Below, in pieces: positions 1 through 11,469 of a stretch of 64,000 nucleotides of DNA (the stretch's first letter is position 1; every line of letters begins with the position of its first letter). This stretch comes from Schizosaccharomyces osmophilus. Taxonomy: Eukaryota. The DNA is taken from NCBI RefSeq assembly GCF_027921745.1, contig NC_079238.1, forward strand, positions 3,720,001 to 3,784,000. The letters run 5' to 3'. The position numbers and the translations under genes are program-made. The notes under the pieces are model-generated. The model made no database searches. It saw nothing but the letters and a program-made list of their open reading frames with translations, and had not been told where the DNA came from.

Positions 1-1874
1 GCAATTCCTTTTCGTGGAAATACAACTTATCTAATGATAGCGCTTATGAAATGCTTAAGCAGAATCATCAATCCAAAGTTCGAAATACCTTGTCTCAGCT
101 TGCTATTGAGCATGCTGCGTTCGCTGAGAAACTGACATTCCCATACTATAAGACTAGGCTAAGTAAAAGAGCTGTGCGAAGCTTTCACCGACCAACTATG
201 TCATTTAAGCCAAACGCTGCTATTGTATTCTCTCCTTTGAATGTCCGCAAGAAAAGCAAGGATAAGCATAAATCCGAAAGAGGGCTTATTCCGAATACGA
301 AAGACATGACTATGGGTGATACCACGCATGCTATATTGGTAGAGTTTTCTGAGGAGCATCCTCCCGTCCTTTCCAATGTTGGAATGGCCAGCAGGATTGT
401 GAATTATTATCGAAAAAAGAACGAACAGGACGAATCACGACCCAAGTTGGAAGTTGGTGAGAGTCATGTTTTGGACGTTCAGGACAGAAGTCCTTTTTGG
501 AACTTTGGTTCCGTGGAGCCGGGAGAAATAACGCCCACTCTATATAATAAGATGATTCGTGCTCCTTTATTTAAGCATGAACTCCCTTCCACAGACTTTA
601 TTCTAGTTCGGAATACGAGTAGTTATGGCTCGAAATACTATTTAAAAAACATAAACCATATCTTTGTGAGTGGACAAACTTTTCCTGTTACTGATGTCCC
701 TGGTCCTCATTCTCGAAAAGTAACTACTGCAAGCAAAAATCGTTTGAAAATGCTTGTATTTAGATTAATCAGACGGTCACCAACCGGTGGTCTTTTTATT
801 AGGCAGCTTTCGCAACATTTTTCGGACCAGAATGAGATGCAAATTCGTCAAAGACTTAAAGAGTTTATGGAATATAAAAAGAAGGGTGACGGACCTGGTT
901 ACTGGAAATTAAAATCCAATGAAGTTGTCCCTGATGAGGCTGGTACAAGGTCAATGGTTTCTCCTGAAACTGTATGTCTTTTAGAGAGCATGCAAGTTGG
1001 TGTCCAGCAATTAGAGGATGCTGGATATGGTAAAACGATTGACGAGGTAAATGACGATGACGAGGAAGAACAACCTGCAGAGCAATTATTAGCACCTTGG
1101 ATAACCACTAGAAATTTCATTAATGCTACTCAAGGAAAAGCTATGCTTACCCTTTTCGGTGAAGGAGATCCAACTGGCATCGGTGAAGGATATAGCTTTA
1201 TCCGTACTAGTATGAAAGGTGGTTTTAAGCCTGCTGGTGAACCAGATGACAGACCTGAGCCGCAGACGAAGAATGCGCATGCTTATAACGTTGCGAAACA
1301 ACAGCAGGCCTACGAAGAAGAAATTAATCGGATTTGGAACGCCCAAAAACGTGGTCTTTCTATTTCGAGCATCGATGAATTGGCAAGGAAGTATAAAATA
1401 AGAAATAAATACGAAGACTATCTTGAAACGGAGGAAGCCCCAAGGGAAGTTACTCCTTCAACAGATAAGGTTCTTCGGATCGTTCGAGTATACCAGGATC
1501 GTAATGGAAATTGGGATCGAAAACAAGAGGTTGTTCATGATCCTATTGTTATTCACGCGTACTTGAAAAAGCGGAGAGAAATTGATGAGCAGTCTACAGC
1601 TTTAGATGCCGTCGTTCCCACAGGAGACGAGGCAATAGATAGACGCAATCGTAAAAGATTGGAACAAGAACTCGCAAAAAGTCAAAAGAATTGGGAACGT
1701 AGAAGAGCTCGTCATGCTGCTAAGGAAGGTATCACCATCAATGGAGAAGGCAAAAAACCGACTACTCGTAAATGCAGCAACTGCGGTCAAGTCGGTCATA
1801 TGAAGACCAACAAGATATGTCCACTGTTTGGAAGACCTGAAGGTGGATTGGCTACCATGCTTGATAGAAACTAA
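1..1874 (+). CDS. taf1: TFIID subunit Taf1 (C-terminal part; 5' end lies outside the window)
   Basis: Frame is open from the window start. TAF1 core motifs (EFSEEHPPVLSNVGM, GDPTGIGEGYSF) and C-terminal zinc knuckle CSNCGQVGHMKTNKICP. Confidence 0.95.
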   Translation, partial: NSFSWKYNLSNDSAYEMLKQNHQSKVRNTLSQLAIEHAAFAEKLTFPYYKTRLSKRAVRSFHRPTMSFKPNAAIVFSPLNVRKKSKDKHKSERGLIPNTKDMTMGDTTHAILVEFSEEHPPVLSNVGMASRIVNYYRKKNEQDESRPKLEVGESHVLDVQDRSPFWNFGSVEPGEITPTLYNKMIRAPLFKHELPSTDFILVRNTSSYGSKYYLKNINHIFVSGQTFPVTDVPGPHSRKVTTASKNRLKMLVFRLIRRSPTGGLFIRQLSQHFSDQNEMQIRQRLKEFMEYKKKGDGPGYWKLKSNEVVPDEAGTRSMVSPETVCLLESMQVGVQQLEDAGYGKTIDEVNDDDEEEQPAEQLLAPWITTRNFINATQGKAMLTLFGEGDPTGIGEGYSFIRTSMKGGFKPAGEPDDRPEPQTKNAHAYNVAKQQQAYEEEINRIWNAQKRGLSISSIDELARKYKIRNKYEDYLETEEAPREVTPSTDKVLRIVRVYQDRNGNWDRKQEVVHDPIVIHAYLKKRREIDEQSTALDAVVPTGDEAIDRRNRKRLEQELAKSQKNWERRRARHAAKEGITINGEGKKPTTRKCSNCGQVGHMKTNKICPLFGRPEGGLATMLDRN

Positions 1875-2042
1875 TATGGATGTAATTTTATTATTTGCAT
1901 TTACGAAAAGTGTCCTATGACATGTTGTAACTTAATCGCTATTTTTAGTTAATGAATTAATTTTTTGGATGATACCGAATAACGAAGGGATTATATATGT
2001 GACCATGTCGTGGAAGTGCATAGCATGGAGTTGTATTGAGAA

Positions 2043-2984
2043 TTAGACTTGTTGGAGAGCAGTAGAAGCCAAAACATTTTTCATGTTGAAGTAGCAACAG
2101 ATAGCCTTAGAATAACCTTCATAAAGGAAATTTGTAACCACGATGCGGTTTTTATCAGTGCTATATTGAGCCAGTTCATCAATATCAGTGTTTTTGGGTA
2201 GAAAAGCGGCAATGTATGGAGTGATACGAAAAGCCTCTTTATACAAAATGTCAAATGTATAAGGAATTAAGTCATTTAAGGAGTATGTGGATTTTCCCGA
2301 GTAACTAGGGCCTCCCCATGGTGGACTCATGAAGATGATTGTCTAAGATTCTGTTTTAGCCGAAGTGATTCATGGAAAGAAGAAACATACTCTATATTGA
2401 GAAGCAAAGTCAATTGACCTTAATACGTCCAGTACATCTCCTTGTATAAATGTGACTCTGGACGATGGAATCTCGTAAATGGCTAAATTGTGCTTGGCCA
2501 TAGCAATTTTTATTGGATCAAGCTCAATCGAAATAACTAGGGATTTAATTAGCAGAAATACACGAAAGATGAAGGAGATTATACCTGGACAAAATTTGGC
2601 GAACTGGATTGTATTTCCTCCGCAACCAGAAAATGCATCAATAACCAGCTCCGGTTTGTGAGATTCAAAAATGGACTGAGCAATGCTATACGCGACTCGC
2701 CTGAACAGGTATTAGTCTATCTTTTTTATAATGTACGGGGGAATCAAAGGATATCACATATGTGCTGCTCGGCCCATGAGAAAGGATGCAAGAAGCATTT
2801 TCTGTTCTACTTACTCTGGTGTAACACTATACCAAGATTGATAGTCCAACCAAATTCCTTCATCGAAGCGTGAAAACAAGTTGTATCGATTGTTCCAATA
2901 CTTTTTTAACGCATTGGGAATCGGTGGCCGAATAATGTGTTTTTCTATCGTCTCATAATCCCCAAAATTTTCGATCTCGCTCAT
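2043..2984 (-). CDS. tgs1: RNA cap trimethylguanosine synthase Tgs1 (multi-exon)
   Basis: Minus-strand exon 1 from ATG 2984 reads MSEIENF...[30 protein letters not shown] then GTAAGT. A middle exon has [14 protein letters not shown] (SAM motif). The last exon has [10 protein letters not shown]. Confidence 0.9.
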
Positions 2985-3707
2985 GTAATAACTTTTTTTT
3001 GGTGGAGTGGAATTGAAGGAAAATGAACTTCAAACCAGGAAAAAATTATGTGAAGGGATTCACATGTTTCCATTGTTGTTATGAGATGATCTACTAGTTT
3101 TCTAGATGAAGTACAGACTTTTCTTTTTGAGAACGGCATCTACTTGTTTGGCCTATGAATGAAACAAAATAATAAAGGCCACGATGTGTGAGGATTACAA
3201 ATGTCCAAATATTATATTAAAAGAGCAACTGCTAATGATTTAGATAACTACATTGGTTGTAAATTACGGTAGAAAACCAAAATCGTTTCCTTCTCTTTGA
3301 GTGAAAAGGGCTTCTCTAACATACATTGTTTTGATGTATATGAAAAATTATGAAGCGTAGATATCCTAAATCATTGCTTTGCGTTGCTGGTTTGATATTT
3401 CGTGAATGTTGAGATTTATGAGAACCCTCTTCCGCTGTTTTTTCTATTTCATTGAATATGTACACGTTTCCTAACCAATAGAAACTCGAAAGCCAGTTTC
3501 ATGCTAGGAAACCCCAGCTTACAAACATAAATACATTATGAAATGGCTTGTGTCACGGGAGTAAGACAATTTTTTTCGCAACAAAAATTCTAAAAATTGG
3601 AAACCTCCTACGAAGCAAAAGATAGAAGCGAGTCTAGCATCAAGAAACCCGAGACAAAAGTGAAGGGAGCGGGAAAAAATGTAAGAAAATATAAATAGAA
3701 AAACGGC

Positions 3708-4496
3708 TTAGTCTATGACAATAAAATTATTTAGTGTTTTTTGTTTGGTTGCAGGCGGCAGCTCTGCAGGGTCTTGAGTATCCGGACCAGATCTTTTGAC
3801 CGCAGCAACAAGTCTTGCCTCTCTTCCTCGATTGCTTTTTGCTTGGGGTTTCGACGTGGAATGAAGCAAATTTTTCCGTTCATCCAAGTCGAATCCGAGT
3901 TTTTGACCTGCCTTTGTATTCTTTTTCTTTCCTACACGCGATCCTGTTGCACGACGTTCGTTCCGCTTTCTTCGAAGAGAGCCACCGCATAAGTTACCAG
4001 TAGGCGCACTTGGTGCTAAGGTGACTCCTCGGTGAGCAACCGTGCGAAGTCCTGCAACGACGTCGGCAAGAGGAAATGAGTCCCATGTCATATACTTTCC
4101 TGGGCCTTTATAACTCTTTGCATAAAGCTCTGTTAAGTCTTGGCGCAAACGAGCGAGATGATTAAAAAACGTTTTGTCGTGGGGACCACGCCAGATGTGG
4201 CATAGTTCATGTAAAAACACATCCATAACAAACTCAAAAGGCAACCAGTTTCCACGGGAATCTCGCAACACCAACTCCACACATTCGCCTTTGTTCCAAT
4301 TTCGACCCCAAAACTGAGAATTATAAGTCACTTCATCCAACGATGTTACACCAAACCCGTTGCTTTTCATAATTGGAAATGCCATAGCAGCAATTCGGTT
4401 CAAATAATCCTTTGCTAATTGTTCCTGTTCATCTTTAACGGCTGTTATAAAGACTACATATTCATTAGGATGCTCATCGTCGTTCAATCGAAGCAT
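3708..4496 (-). CDS. wss1: WLM-domain metalloprotease, Wss1-like
   Basis: HELCH zinc motif and WLM-like GRNWNKGECVELVLR. The first ATG is at 4496 (the ORF track starts at a TTG). Confidence 0.85.
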   Translation of the reverse strand: MLRLNDDEHPNEYVVFITAVKDEQEQLAKDYLNRIAAMAFPIMKSNGFGVTSLDEVTYNSQFWGRNWNKGECVELVLRDSRGNWLPFEFVMDVFLHELCHIWRGPHDKTFFNHLARLRQDLTELYAKSYKGPGKYMTWDSFPLADVVAGLRTVAHRGVTLAPSAPTGNLCGGSLRRKRNERRATGSRVGKKKNTKAGQKLGFDLDERKNLLHSTSKPQAKSNRGREARLVAAVKRSGPDTQDPAELPPATKQKTLNNFIVID

Positions 4497-5126
4497 ACAG
4501 CTCAATCGGGCAAATCTATAAGCCGCTTATACAAGAGAATGAGAAACTGAGACTTAAAGAAGGAATCCTCAAAGAGCAATGGTTTGTAAAATCCAGGTTT
4601 TATTTTGGTGGAAGTTTTTAGCGTTTTAGGTTTGTAAACCGTTAACCTCTTTAGTGTGTTGGAAATCGACATCACAAGTAAACAAACCAAATAAAAAATA
4701 AAAAAGAAGTTGATAACTTTTGGATGGCGCCGTAGAAATTAGAACTGCTAAAACGCATCGGAATTCGATGTTATAGGACGTCTAAAGAAAGGGGAACATA
4801 GTTGAGTAAAGTGGTCAAGAAAACTAAAAGAAAATCATCGTCTTTCTACTAACGAGCCCGTAGTTTTGTAGATACCAACGTACGCATATGAAGAACTAAA
4901 ATCTTAAAAAAAAAAATTATTATTAAAAGACTGCCTGAGTTGATGCTTTGCAGGTTGTGTCGCCGAGTTCTTGAGCCCATACGAACTCTAGGAACATCTC
5001 AAAGATTCGAAGGATACAAACTAAAGCACCGAATAAAAGGAAAAAAATACCTAAGTAACAGATGCAGAGAAGATGTGAATGACTAATTCAGAATTATCAA
5101 TTTAATTTGGAGCTTCATTCTTCACT

Positions 5127-5137
5127 GTAAACAAACA
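5127..5137 (+). promoter_or_regulatory. FLEX-type forkhead (Mei4/Fkh2) site GTAAACAAACA in the wss1/SDR divergent promoter
   Basis: Exact GTAAACAAACA, plus a second GTAAACAAAC at 4678-4687. Confidence 0.45.
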
Positions 5138-5412
5138 CGGAGGATAGTAATTTTCAGTCTTTGGCAGAATCCCGCTACCAAAAAAAGTCGCTGCTTCTAA
5201 TTAAAGAAAAAAAATCAAAAATAAATGTTTTTTTATTCCTCCATCTCAACCGTTAAAAAAGTTGTCAGCTCTCCATTATTTATCTTACAATCTACTGAAA
5301 CCCAACATAATAAATATCTCAATGATATCATATTGAACGGTTAAAAGAAAGAGTCTGTGCTATCCTTTCTTTCCCCAAGTACTTTATTCTTAGAAGCCAA
5401 AGAAGATATAAT

Positions 5413-6189
5413 ATGAGTCGCTTGGATAATAAAACTATTCTCATAACCGGTGCTTCTTCCGGTATTGGTAAGAGCACAGCTTATGAATTTGCCAAGGTTG
5501 CCAAGGTCAAGTTGGTTTTAGGTGCTCGTCGTCTTCCTGCCGTTGAGGAGATTGCTAAAGATTTAACCTCTAATTACGGTGTTTCTGTTCTTCCTATCAA
5601 ACTGGATGTGTCGGATTTGGAATCGATTCCCAAGATCATCGAAAACTTACCAAAAGAATTTGCCGATATTGATGTTCTGGTGAACAATGCTGGTCTTGCC
5701 GTTGGTGTTGACAAGGTTCGCGATCTTAAAGTTGATGATGCCGTTCGTATGATGACTACAAATGTTCTTGGTCTAATGGCTATGACTCGTGCTATTTTGC
5801 CTCTTTACTACAAGAAAGGCAAGGGTGATATTGTCAATGTTGGCAGTGTTGCAGGCAGAGAGTCATATCCCGGAGGTTCTGTCTATTGCTCCACCAAGTC
5901 AGCTGTTGCTCAATTCACTTCTGCTTTACGCAAGGAAACAATCGATACTGGTGTCCGTGTAATGGAAGTCGATCCTGGTCAAGTTGAAACTGAATTCAGT
6001 ATGGTCCGCTACTCTGGCGATCACGAGAAGGCCGGCAACGTTTACAAGGGGTACGAACCTTTGATCCCAGAAGACATTGCCGAAATTATTGTCTTCACTG
6101 TTTCCCGCCGTCCTAACGTCGTCATTGCTGACACTTTGGTATTCCCTAATCAACAAGCTGGCGCCTACCATCTTTACAAGCAACCTTAG
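5413..6189 (+). CDS. Short-chain dehydrogenase/reductase (YdfG/YMR226C-like)
   Basis: TGASSGIG Rossmann motif, NNAG, and YCSTK catalytic motif. Confidence 0.92.
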   Translation: MSRLDNKTILITGASSGIGKSTAYEFAKVAKVKLVLGARRLPAVEEIAKDLTSNYGVSVLPIKLDVSDLESIPKIIENLPKEFADIDVLVNNAGLAVGVDKVRDLKVDDAVRMMTTNVLGLMAMTRAILPLYYKKGKGDIVNVGSVAGRESYPGGSVYCSTKSAVAQFTSALRKETIDTGVRVMEVDPGQVETEFSMVRYSGDHEKAGNVYKGYEPLIPEDIAEIIVFTVSRRPNVVIADTLVFPNQQAGAYHLYKQP

Positions 6190-6319
6190 ATTTACCCTAC
6201 ATTCATTTGTAAAAAAAAATTTTGTTCATTCTATCTATCTTTAGTAGTATTAGAGAGAGGATGTTTCTTTATATGATCCATGATAAATGAAATCCACGAA
6301 TATTATTTCTTCTGCTAAC

Positions 6320-6339
6320 ATATATATATATATATATAT
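6320..6339. repeat. (AT)n microsatellite between convergent genes
   Basis: About 10 AT units visible in the sequence. Confidence 0.8.
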
Positions 6340-6405
6340 CACTTATTTTTTTCTTTTTTAAATAAAAAGGCTCTAAAATGAGTTTTCGTATTAGATGGAT
6401 TCGTT

Positions 6406-9045
6406 TTAAACATTAAAAAACATAAATCCAGACATTGACACCAAGTAGGCAAGGACCAAAATGGACCCTTTGAAATATGTACTCTTTCCCTCAGAATGAA
6501 CGTAAGTCAGTAAAAACACACAAATCATAATACATATCATGTCCCAACTGGGAAATATTAAAGTAAATAAATGTTCAAAAGTCAATGTTGCACCCGAGCT
6601 GTGATATTCAAAGGCGCTATACGCCATAAGGCAAGGTATCTGTAGCAGACATACCTGTAAAGCGTAAGCGGAACCAATTTCCATTGACAAAGCAATATTG
6701 TCATTAAGTGCAAATGATATGGCATTCATAAATTCTGTAGTATTGGGAACAAGAGCAAACAAAATTAATCCAAGAAGCTTTTCACTAATTGAGTACTTCT
6801 CCATTACGGTATCAACATTCTGCACTAAAATCTCAGCAATTAAAGCATATGCAAAGGTCGCAGATAAAAGAATAACGGCACTTTTAAGACGAGACCAATT
6901 TGGTGCGTCTTCACTGTGTCCCTCTGGCTGTTTTATAAGATGGCTTTGAGGTTCGGGACTATATGGTTTCTGCTGAGTTCTTTCAAAGTCCTGAATGGAA
7001 GAAGTATCAGAAGAAGTGTAGTCAGCGGAAGAGCCAAAGGGTTCTCGAGAGGTCGAGTTTGCATCATTATCTCCATGATCATTATGGTTCTCGACAATGT
7101 TATTGTCTTCGGGTTTAGCTAAAATTACAGAAGCTTCGTTTACATTCAAATTCTCCCAAATATGGGCAGCATGCGTTCTTAATGTAAACCACAAACCAAT
7201 GCCATAAGACAACAGGAGTAAAACAGCACAAATATAAGTGAATGGGCGAATCCTTTCTTGGTAAAATTCATCATTAAGTAGTATAAATCGTTTTGTGCAT
7301 GTCTGACATTCGGGACCACAGCTGGTACATTCTAACGTAAAAGTACCGTAAATTTGGAATAGCATGGTTGGAGCAAAAACACCAAGAACAGCAAACAAAA
7401 GCATTGTGCTAGTGGCACCAGCAGACTTTATATTAAAGAACTGAAACTTCTTTTTTACTGCTCCAGCACACATCGATAAACCAGGCATCAATAATAGACC
7501 AGCTAATATACTACCGATAATACTTCCTTCAACAAGCTGAGCATTTCCTTGGCGTAAAGCTACCGAATAAAGGAACACTTCAATAACAGAGCCAAAAAAT
7601 GCGTTTATAAATGCCCCCATACCCATACTACTTTGAGCTGAGATGGATGCCACTGCCATTCCAATAAAATAAGCCAGCGGAATAATACTGATCAAGGACG
7701 CGGTAAATATAACCATTGGAGATGAGAACCAATAACCCTTAGGCCCAAAAAAGCCAATAATGATTGTCGGAAAGATTAAAGCAAGCATATCAAAATAAAT
7801 AATATAAATTCCATCGACCGTATACTTGTAGTACTTGGAGCTGGCAGCTTGCCTAACGCACAAGAGTACAACCTCCAGCGACTCTTGCGAGATTGGTAGA
7901 GCAATGTTGTTTCTGAATGATATAGCTAGAGGACAAGTATGCAAATGCTTCCACAAGGTCCACAAAGTTCGTGCACAAGGGATAAAGAATATACTAAACA
8001 TACAAATGGCAGAGACGAGTAAAAGAGAGGGTGTAATAAATAAATAAAAGAAAGTATAATAAACGACCATGGAAATGCTGAATGGTCCCTTAGAAGCCTC
8101 ACAGTCTAAAGCTCTATTCATTGGATTTTCGCAGAAAGAAAAGGTTAGGAAATTTAAACGCAAATTATCTGCTCGTTGAGAGCTGCTCCTTCTTCTTCGT
8201 CTTCCTAGTGTAGGAGAATTAGCAATTCTTGGACGGACCTTATGACGGACATGCTGACCAAAGGGATACAAAAGGTACCACATTAGGCCTTGACAGAGAC
8301 GCTTGTACAACACAGCATAAGGGAAATTAAAATAAGAAAGGAGAGAGAAGAAAAGGAAACAGAGAAACATCACAGAAAACAAAGGAATACCAAAACAGGT
8401 AAACCAAATCCAATTCGATATAGATTTACTAGGACGCTTTAAAGGTTCATCATGAATATCAATTTCAGCATCACGATTGACGGACCGAAGCTTTTTGTAC
8501 AAGGCAGGTTTCCAAAGACGGATACCGAAAGCCCTAGTTTCATTGATGGCAGTTTGACGGGCTTTCAAGTTTAGAGATTCTTCTGATTTAACAGAAGAGG
8601 CAGTTTGACGTCCTTTCGAAAGGTTCATTGGTCCCGTTCTTGGATCCGGTGAATGAGCCGACTGAGCCGACGGGGAGAAATCGCCATCCTGTCTAGGGCG
8701 GTACATACTTAGGCTGGTGTATGGACGGTATTCATAATTATTGTTTTGATCTACCGAAGAAGAAGATGGTCCTACTGGATCGGTGTTTGATGAGATTTTT
8801 CTCTGAACACGACTTCCTTGACGGGGAACTTCTTGTGAATCATACGGAAGAGACGCATCCGCGTTGCCAGAATCGGGCTCGTGCACTTCAGGCATAACAA
8901 AATCCCCTAAATCTTCACTAGATATAGACCCACTGGGCACATAACGATGGGCACTACTGAAAGAATCAGGCTGTCTTGTATTTTGAGTGATCGTTTTGGC
9001 AGAATCCCCGGATTGGGAATGGTTCCAGTCTTGATTGCTTGACAT
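6406..9045 (-). CDS. Cation/H+ exchanger, CaCA family (Vnx1/Cax1-like)
   Basis: Multi-TM protein with alpha-repeat motifs GAFINAFFGSVIE...GSIIGSIL and ALVPNTTEFMNAI...SMEIGSAYALQ, and a long hydrophilic N-terminus. Confidence 0.88.
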   Translation of the reverse strand: MSSNQDWNHSQSGDSAKTITQNTRQPDSFSSAHRYVPSGSISSEDLGDFVMPEVHEPDSGNADASLPYDSQEVPRQGSRVQRKISSNTDPVGPSSSSVDQNNNYEYRPYTSLSMYRPRQDGDFSPSAQSAHSPDPRTGPMNLSKGRQTASSVKSEESLNLKARQTAINETRAFGIRLWKPALYKKLRSVNRDAEIDIHDEPLKRPSKSISNWIWFTCFGIPLFSVMFLCFLFFSLLSYFNFPYAVLYKRLCQGLMWYLLYPFGQHVRHKVRPRIANSPTLGRRRRRSSSQRADNLRLNFLTFSFCENPMNRALDCEASKGPFSISMVVYYTFFYLFITPSLLLVSAICMFSIFFIPCARTLWTLWKHLHTCPLAISFRNNIALPISQESLEVVLLCVRQAASSKYYKYTVDGIYIIYFDMLALIFPTIIIGFFGPKGYWFSSPMVIFTASLISIIPLAYFIGMAVASISAQSSMGMGAFINAFFGSVIEVFLYSVALRQGNAQLVEGSIIGSILAGLLLMPGLSMCAGAVKKKFQFFNIKSAGATSTMLLFAVLGVFAPTMLFQIYGTFTLECTSCGPECQTCTKRFILLNDEFYQERIRPFTYICAVLLLLSYGIGLWFTLRTHAAHIWENLNVNEASVILAKPEDNNIVENHNDHGDNDANSTSREPFGSSADYTSSDTSSIQDFERTQQKPYSPEPQSHLIKQPEGHSEDAPNWSRLKSAVILLSATFAYALIAEILVQNVDTVMEKYSISEKLLGLILFALVPNTTEFMNAISFALNDNIALSMEIGSAYALQVCLLQIPCLMAYSAFEYHSSGATLTFEHLFTLIFPSWDMICIMICVFLLTYVHSEGKSTYFKGSILVLAYLVSMSGFMFFNV

Positions 9046-9407
9046 GTGGAAATAGTTGTCGTTCTTGAAAGCGGAATTTCTTTTAGTTGATCACGGCTAT
9101 GAAAGCACTAAAAAGGTAGATCAGCGAGAACGATTGACAGGTTTCAATGGGCACAACTACCGATCACCGAAATATGTTTCTACAGACTAAAATAAAATAA
9201 AATAAAAAAAATATGTTGGGAAGTTGAGAAATTGGTCGTTAGCAGTTCACATATGAATGAAAGGGAAAGGGATAAAGTAAATATAAATGACCCTGCGATC
9301 AAGTGAAAGCGGGGATTCGCTTCGTAAACCAAGTATTTATAAACGACCCAATAGGGAAAGAGATGATATGCCTTTGTTTATAAACAAAGAAACAACAATA
9401 AATACTG

Positions 9408-9434
9408 TTTTTTTTTTTTTTTTTTTTTTTTTTC
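9408..9434. repeat. Poly(dT) tract, 27 nt, in an AT-rich divergent intergenic region
   Basis: Directly visible. Confidence 0.85.
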
Positions 9435-10088
9435 TGTAAATAGATACCTTTGGAAACGTTTAAAGAAAACTTATATGGTTTGTTTGATTAAAGCAGAAAC
9501 GTTCTTGAAAAAATCGACGATAACTATGATGCTGGGGGTTTTTTTTTATTTATTCTTTCCAAGATCAGCTTTGGATTTTCGGCTTTCGGTCCTTTGGTCC
9601 TTTTAAATAGTGATATTTATTAAAAAATAAACCAAAGATGAAAGACTGACAGCCAAAATCAAAAGTGACTGATCCTTTTACCTACATAGATTTTGCACTC
9701 AGTAATAGATACATGGGAGATGGCCTTGAACAATTCCAATTCCTGCACAAATAAATATGAACGATTGGTTTTATTTCACTATTCTTTTGAAAAACTATGA
9801 ATAAAAATAAACATTTCCTCTATATTCTAAACAGCAATTCAGCTCTTTCTTTGAATATTCAATTCTATCGTTACACTACATTAAACAATGGGAGGTTATA
9901 CAGAGGCATAGGTTTCACCAACGGTCTATTCAAAAATACTTCAACTAAAAGAACTAAAAATGAGAAAAAAAAAATAAAAAAAAAAATAAATTACAATATT
10001 AGAGGGACCTTTAGGTAGCAGGGGTTGTTTACATCTAGTGCTTTTTTCTATGGTATGGTATATTAAAACCCTTTGCTACCCAAAAGAG

Positions 10089-10096
10089 CAGTCACA
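10089..10096 (+). promoter_or_regulatory. Homol D box (CAGTCACA) of the ribosomal protein gene promoter
   Basis: Exact CAGTCACA ~75 nt upstream of the rps8 ATG. Confidence 0.85.
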
Positions 10097-10170
10097 CCCC
10101 AACACAAACAATGACTAGCAAAACCTTCCTCCGTTGAAACCACAGCAAATCTTAATCCAAATAGAACAGG

Positions 10171-10773
10171 ATGGGTATTACCAGAGATTCCCGCCACAAG
10201 CGCTCTGCTTCGGGTGCCAAGCGTGCTCAATTCCGCAAGAAGAGAAAATTCGAGTTGGGTCGTCAAGCTGCCAACACTCGTATTGGAGCTAAGCGTATTC
10301 ACGAAGTCCGCGTTCGTGGTGGTAACCAAAAGTACCGTGCTCTACGTTTAGAATCTGGTAACTTCTCCTGGGGCTCTGAGGGTGTTGCCAAGAAGACCCG
10401 TGTTATCCAAGTCGCCTACCACCCCTCCAACAACGAGTTGGTCCGTACCAACACTTTGACCAAGTCTGCCGTTGTCCAAGTTGATGCTGCTCCTTTCCGT
10501 GTTTGGTATGAAACTCACTACGGCATCTTGATGGGCGGTAAGGGTAAGAAGGCTACTCCTACTGCCACCCCCAAGTCCAAGCACGTTCAACGCAAGCTCG
10601 GTGCTCGTGTCGGTAACTCCAAGGTTGACCCTGCTATGGAGTCCCAATTCGCTGCTGGCCGTTTGTACGCTTGTGTTTCTTCTCGCCCCGGCCAATCTGG
10701 TCGCTGTGATGGCTATATCCTTGAGGGTGATGAGTTGCACTTCTATCTTCGTCGTATGGCCCCCAAGAAGTAA
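10171..10773 (+). CDS. rps802: 40S ribosomal protein S8 (eS8)
   Basis: [18 protein letters not shown]...[17 protein letters not shown]. Paralog number assigned from recalled synteny. Confidence 0.95.
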   Translation: MGITRDSRHKRSASGAKRAQFRKKRKFELGRQAANTRIGAKRIHEVRVRGGNQKYRALRLESGNFSWGSEGVAKKTRVIQVAYHPSNNELVRTNTLTKSAVVQVDAAPFRVWYETHYGILMGGKGKKATPTATPKSKHVQRKLGARVGNSKVDPAMESQFAAGRLYACVSSRPGQSGRCDGYILEGDELHFYLRRMAPKK

Positions 10774-11469
10774 GAAGTATATAAGCGTCTTTTTAGTTTT
10801 CTTTTAGCTTCAGAAGGGAGGAATATATGGATTCCGAATTTGTTTTCTATTTCGTAAATATAACTGTAAAATTTTGCCGGGTATCCAACAAAGTTAAGCT
10901 TTTCACAATACTATATACACAGGAACAGAAATAGTTGTGTAAAAGAGATCAATAATTGTAATTACAATGTGATCCATCTCCCACTGTATGAAGTAGAAAA
11001 TTGTAGCTGTTTAGCGTTTCTAAGCTTTGAAACGATTTTATCACAAAAAATCGTCGAAGGCAAGGAACCAGTAAGAATCGTCAGCTTTATGCGATATCAA
11101 ACCGTTTATTATTGATACAACTGTCCAGCTTCTATTCCAAAAATGTCAAAAAATACAACATGAATGATCGTACTATGTATTGTTTAAGATAATTGGGATT
11201 TGGGAAGAGTACGCAAAAGCATTTTGCGCATTCCAACACGCTTACTGAATGTTTTCTTTCCTGAATAGAAAAGTTGAGAAGAAATAGTCTAAAGAGAAGT
11301 GATTTTCCTTTAAACACTTAAAAACATTTTTTTTTTTAAATAATAAATCGTTTACTAGAGATTGCCACGGACAAACTGGTGTTCGTAAACTGAGAGCGAT
11401 TTACCTTCCCCTAGTATAAGTTTTCCTCACCGCCAACATTCCCTGCTGCGTTTGCCATCACGGTAAAGA

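Noticed and set aside
4502..4690. ORF abutting wss1, suggesting a frameshifted N-terminal extension
   Set aside because: Wss1 appears complete from ATG 4496, and the upstream ORF has no recognisable similarity.
10348..10740. 130-aa ORF antisense to rps8, and similar ORFs antisense to nop58
   Set aside because: Same codon-bias shadow effect; no recognisable protein features.
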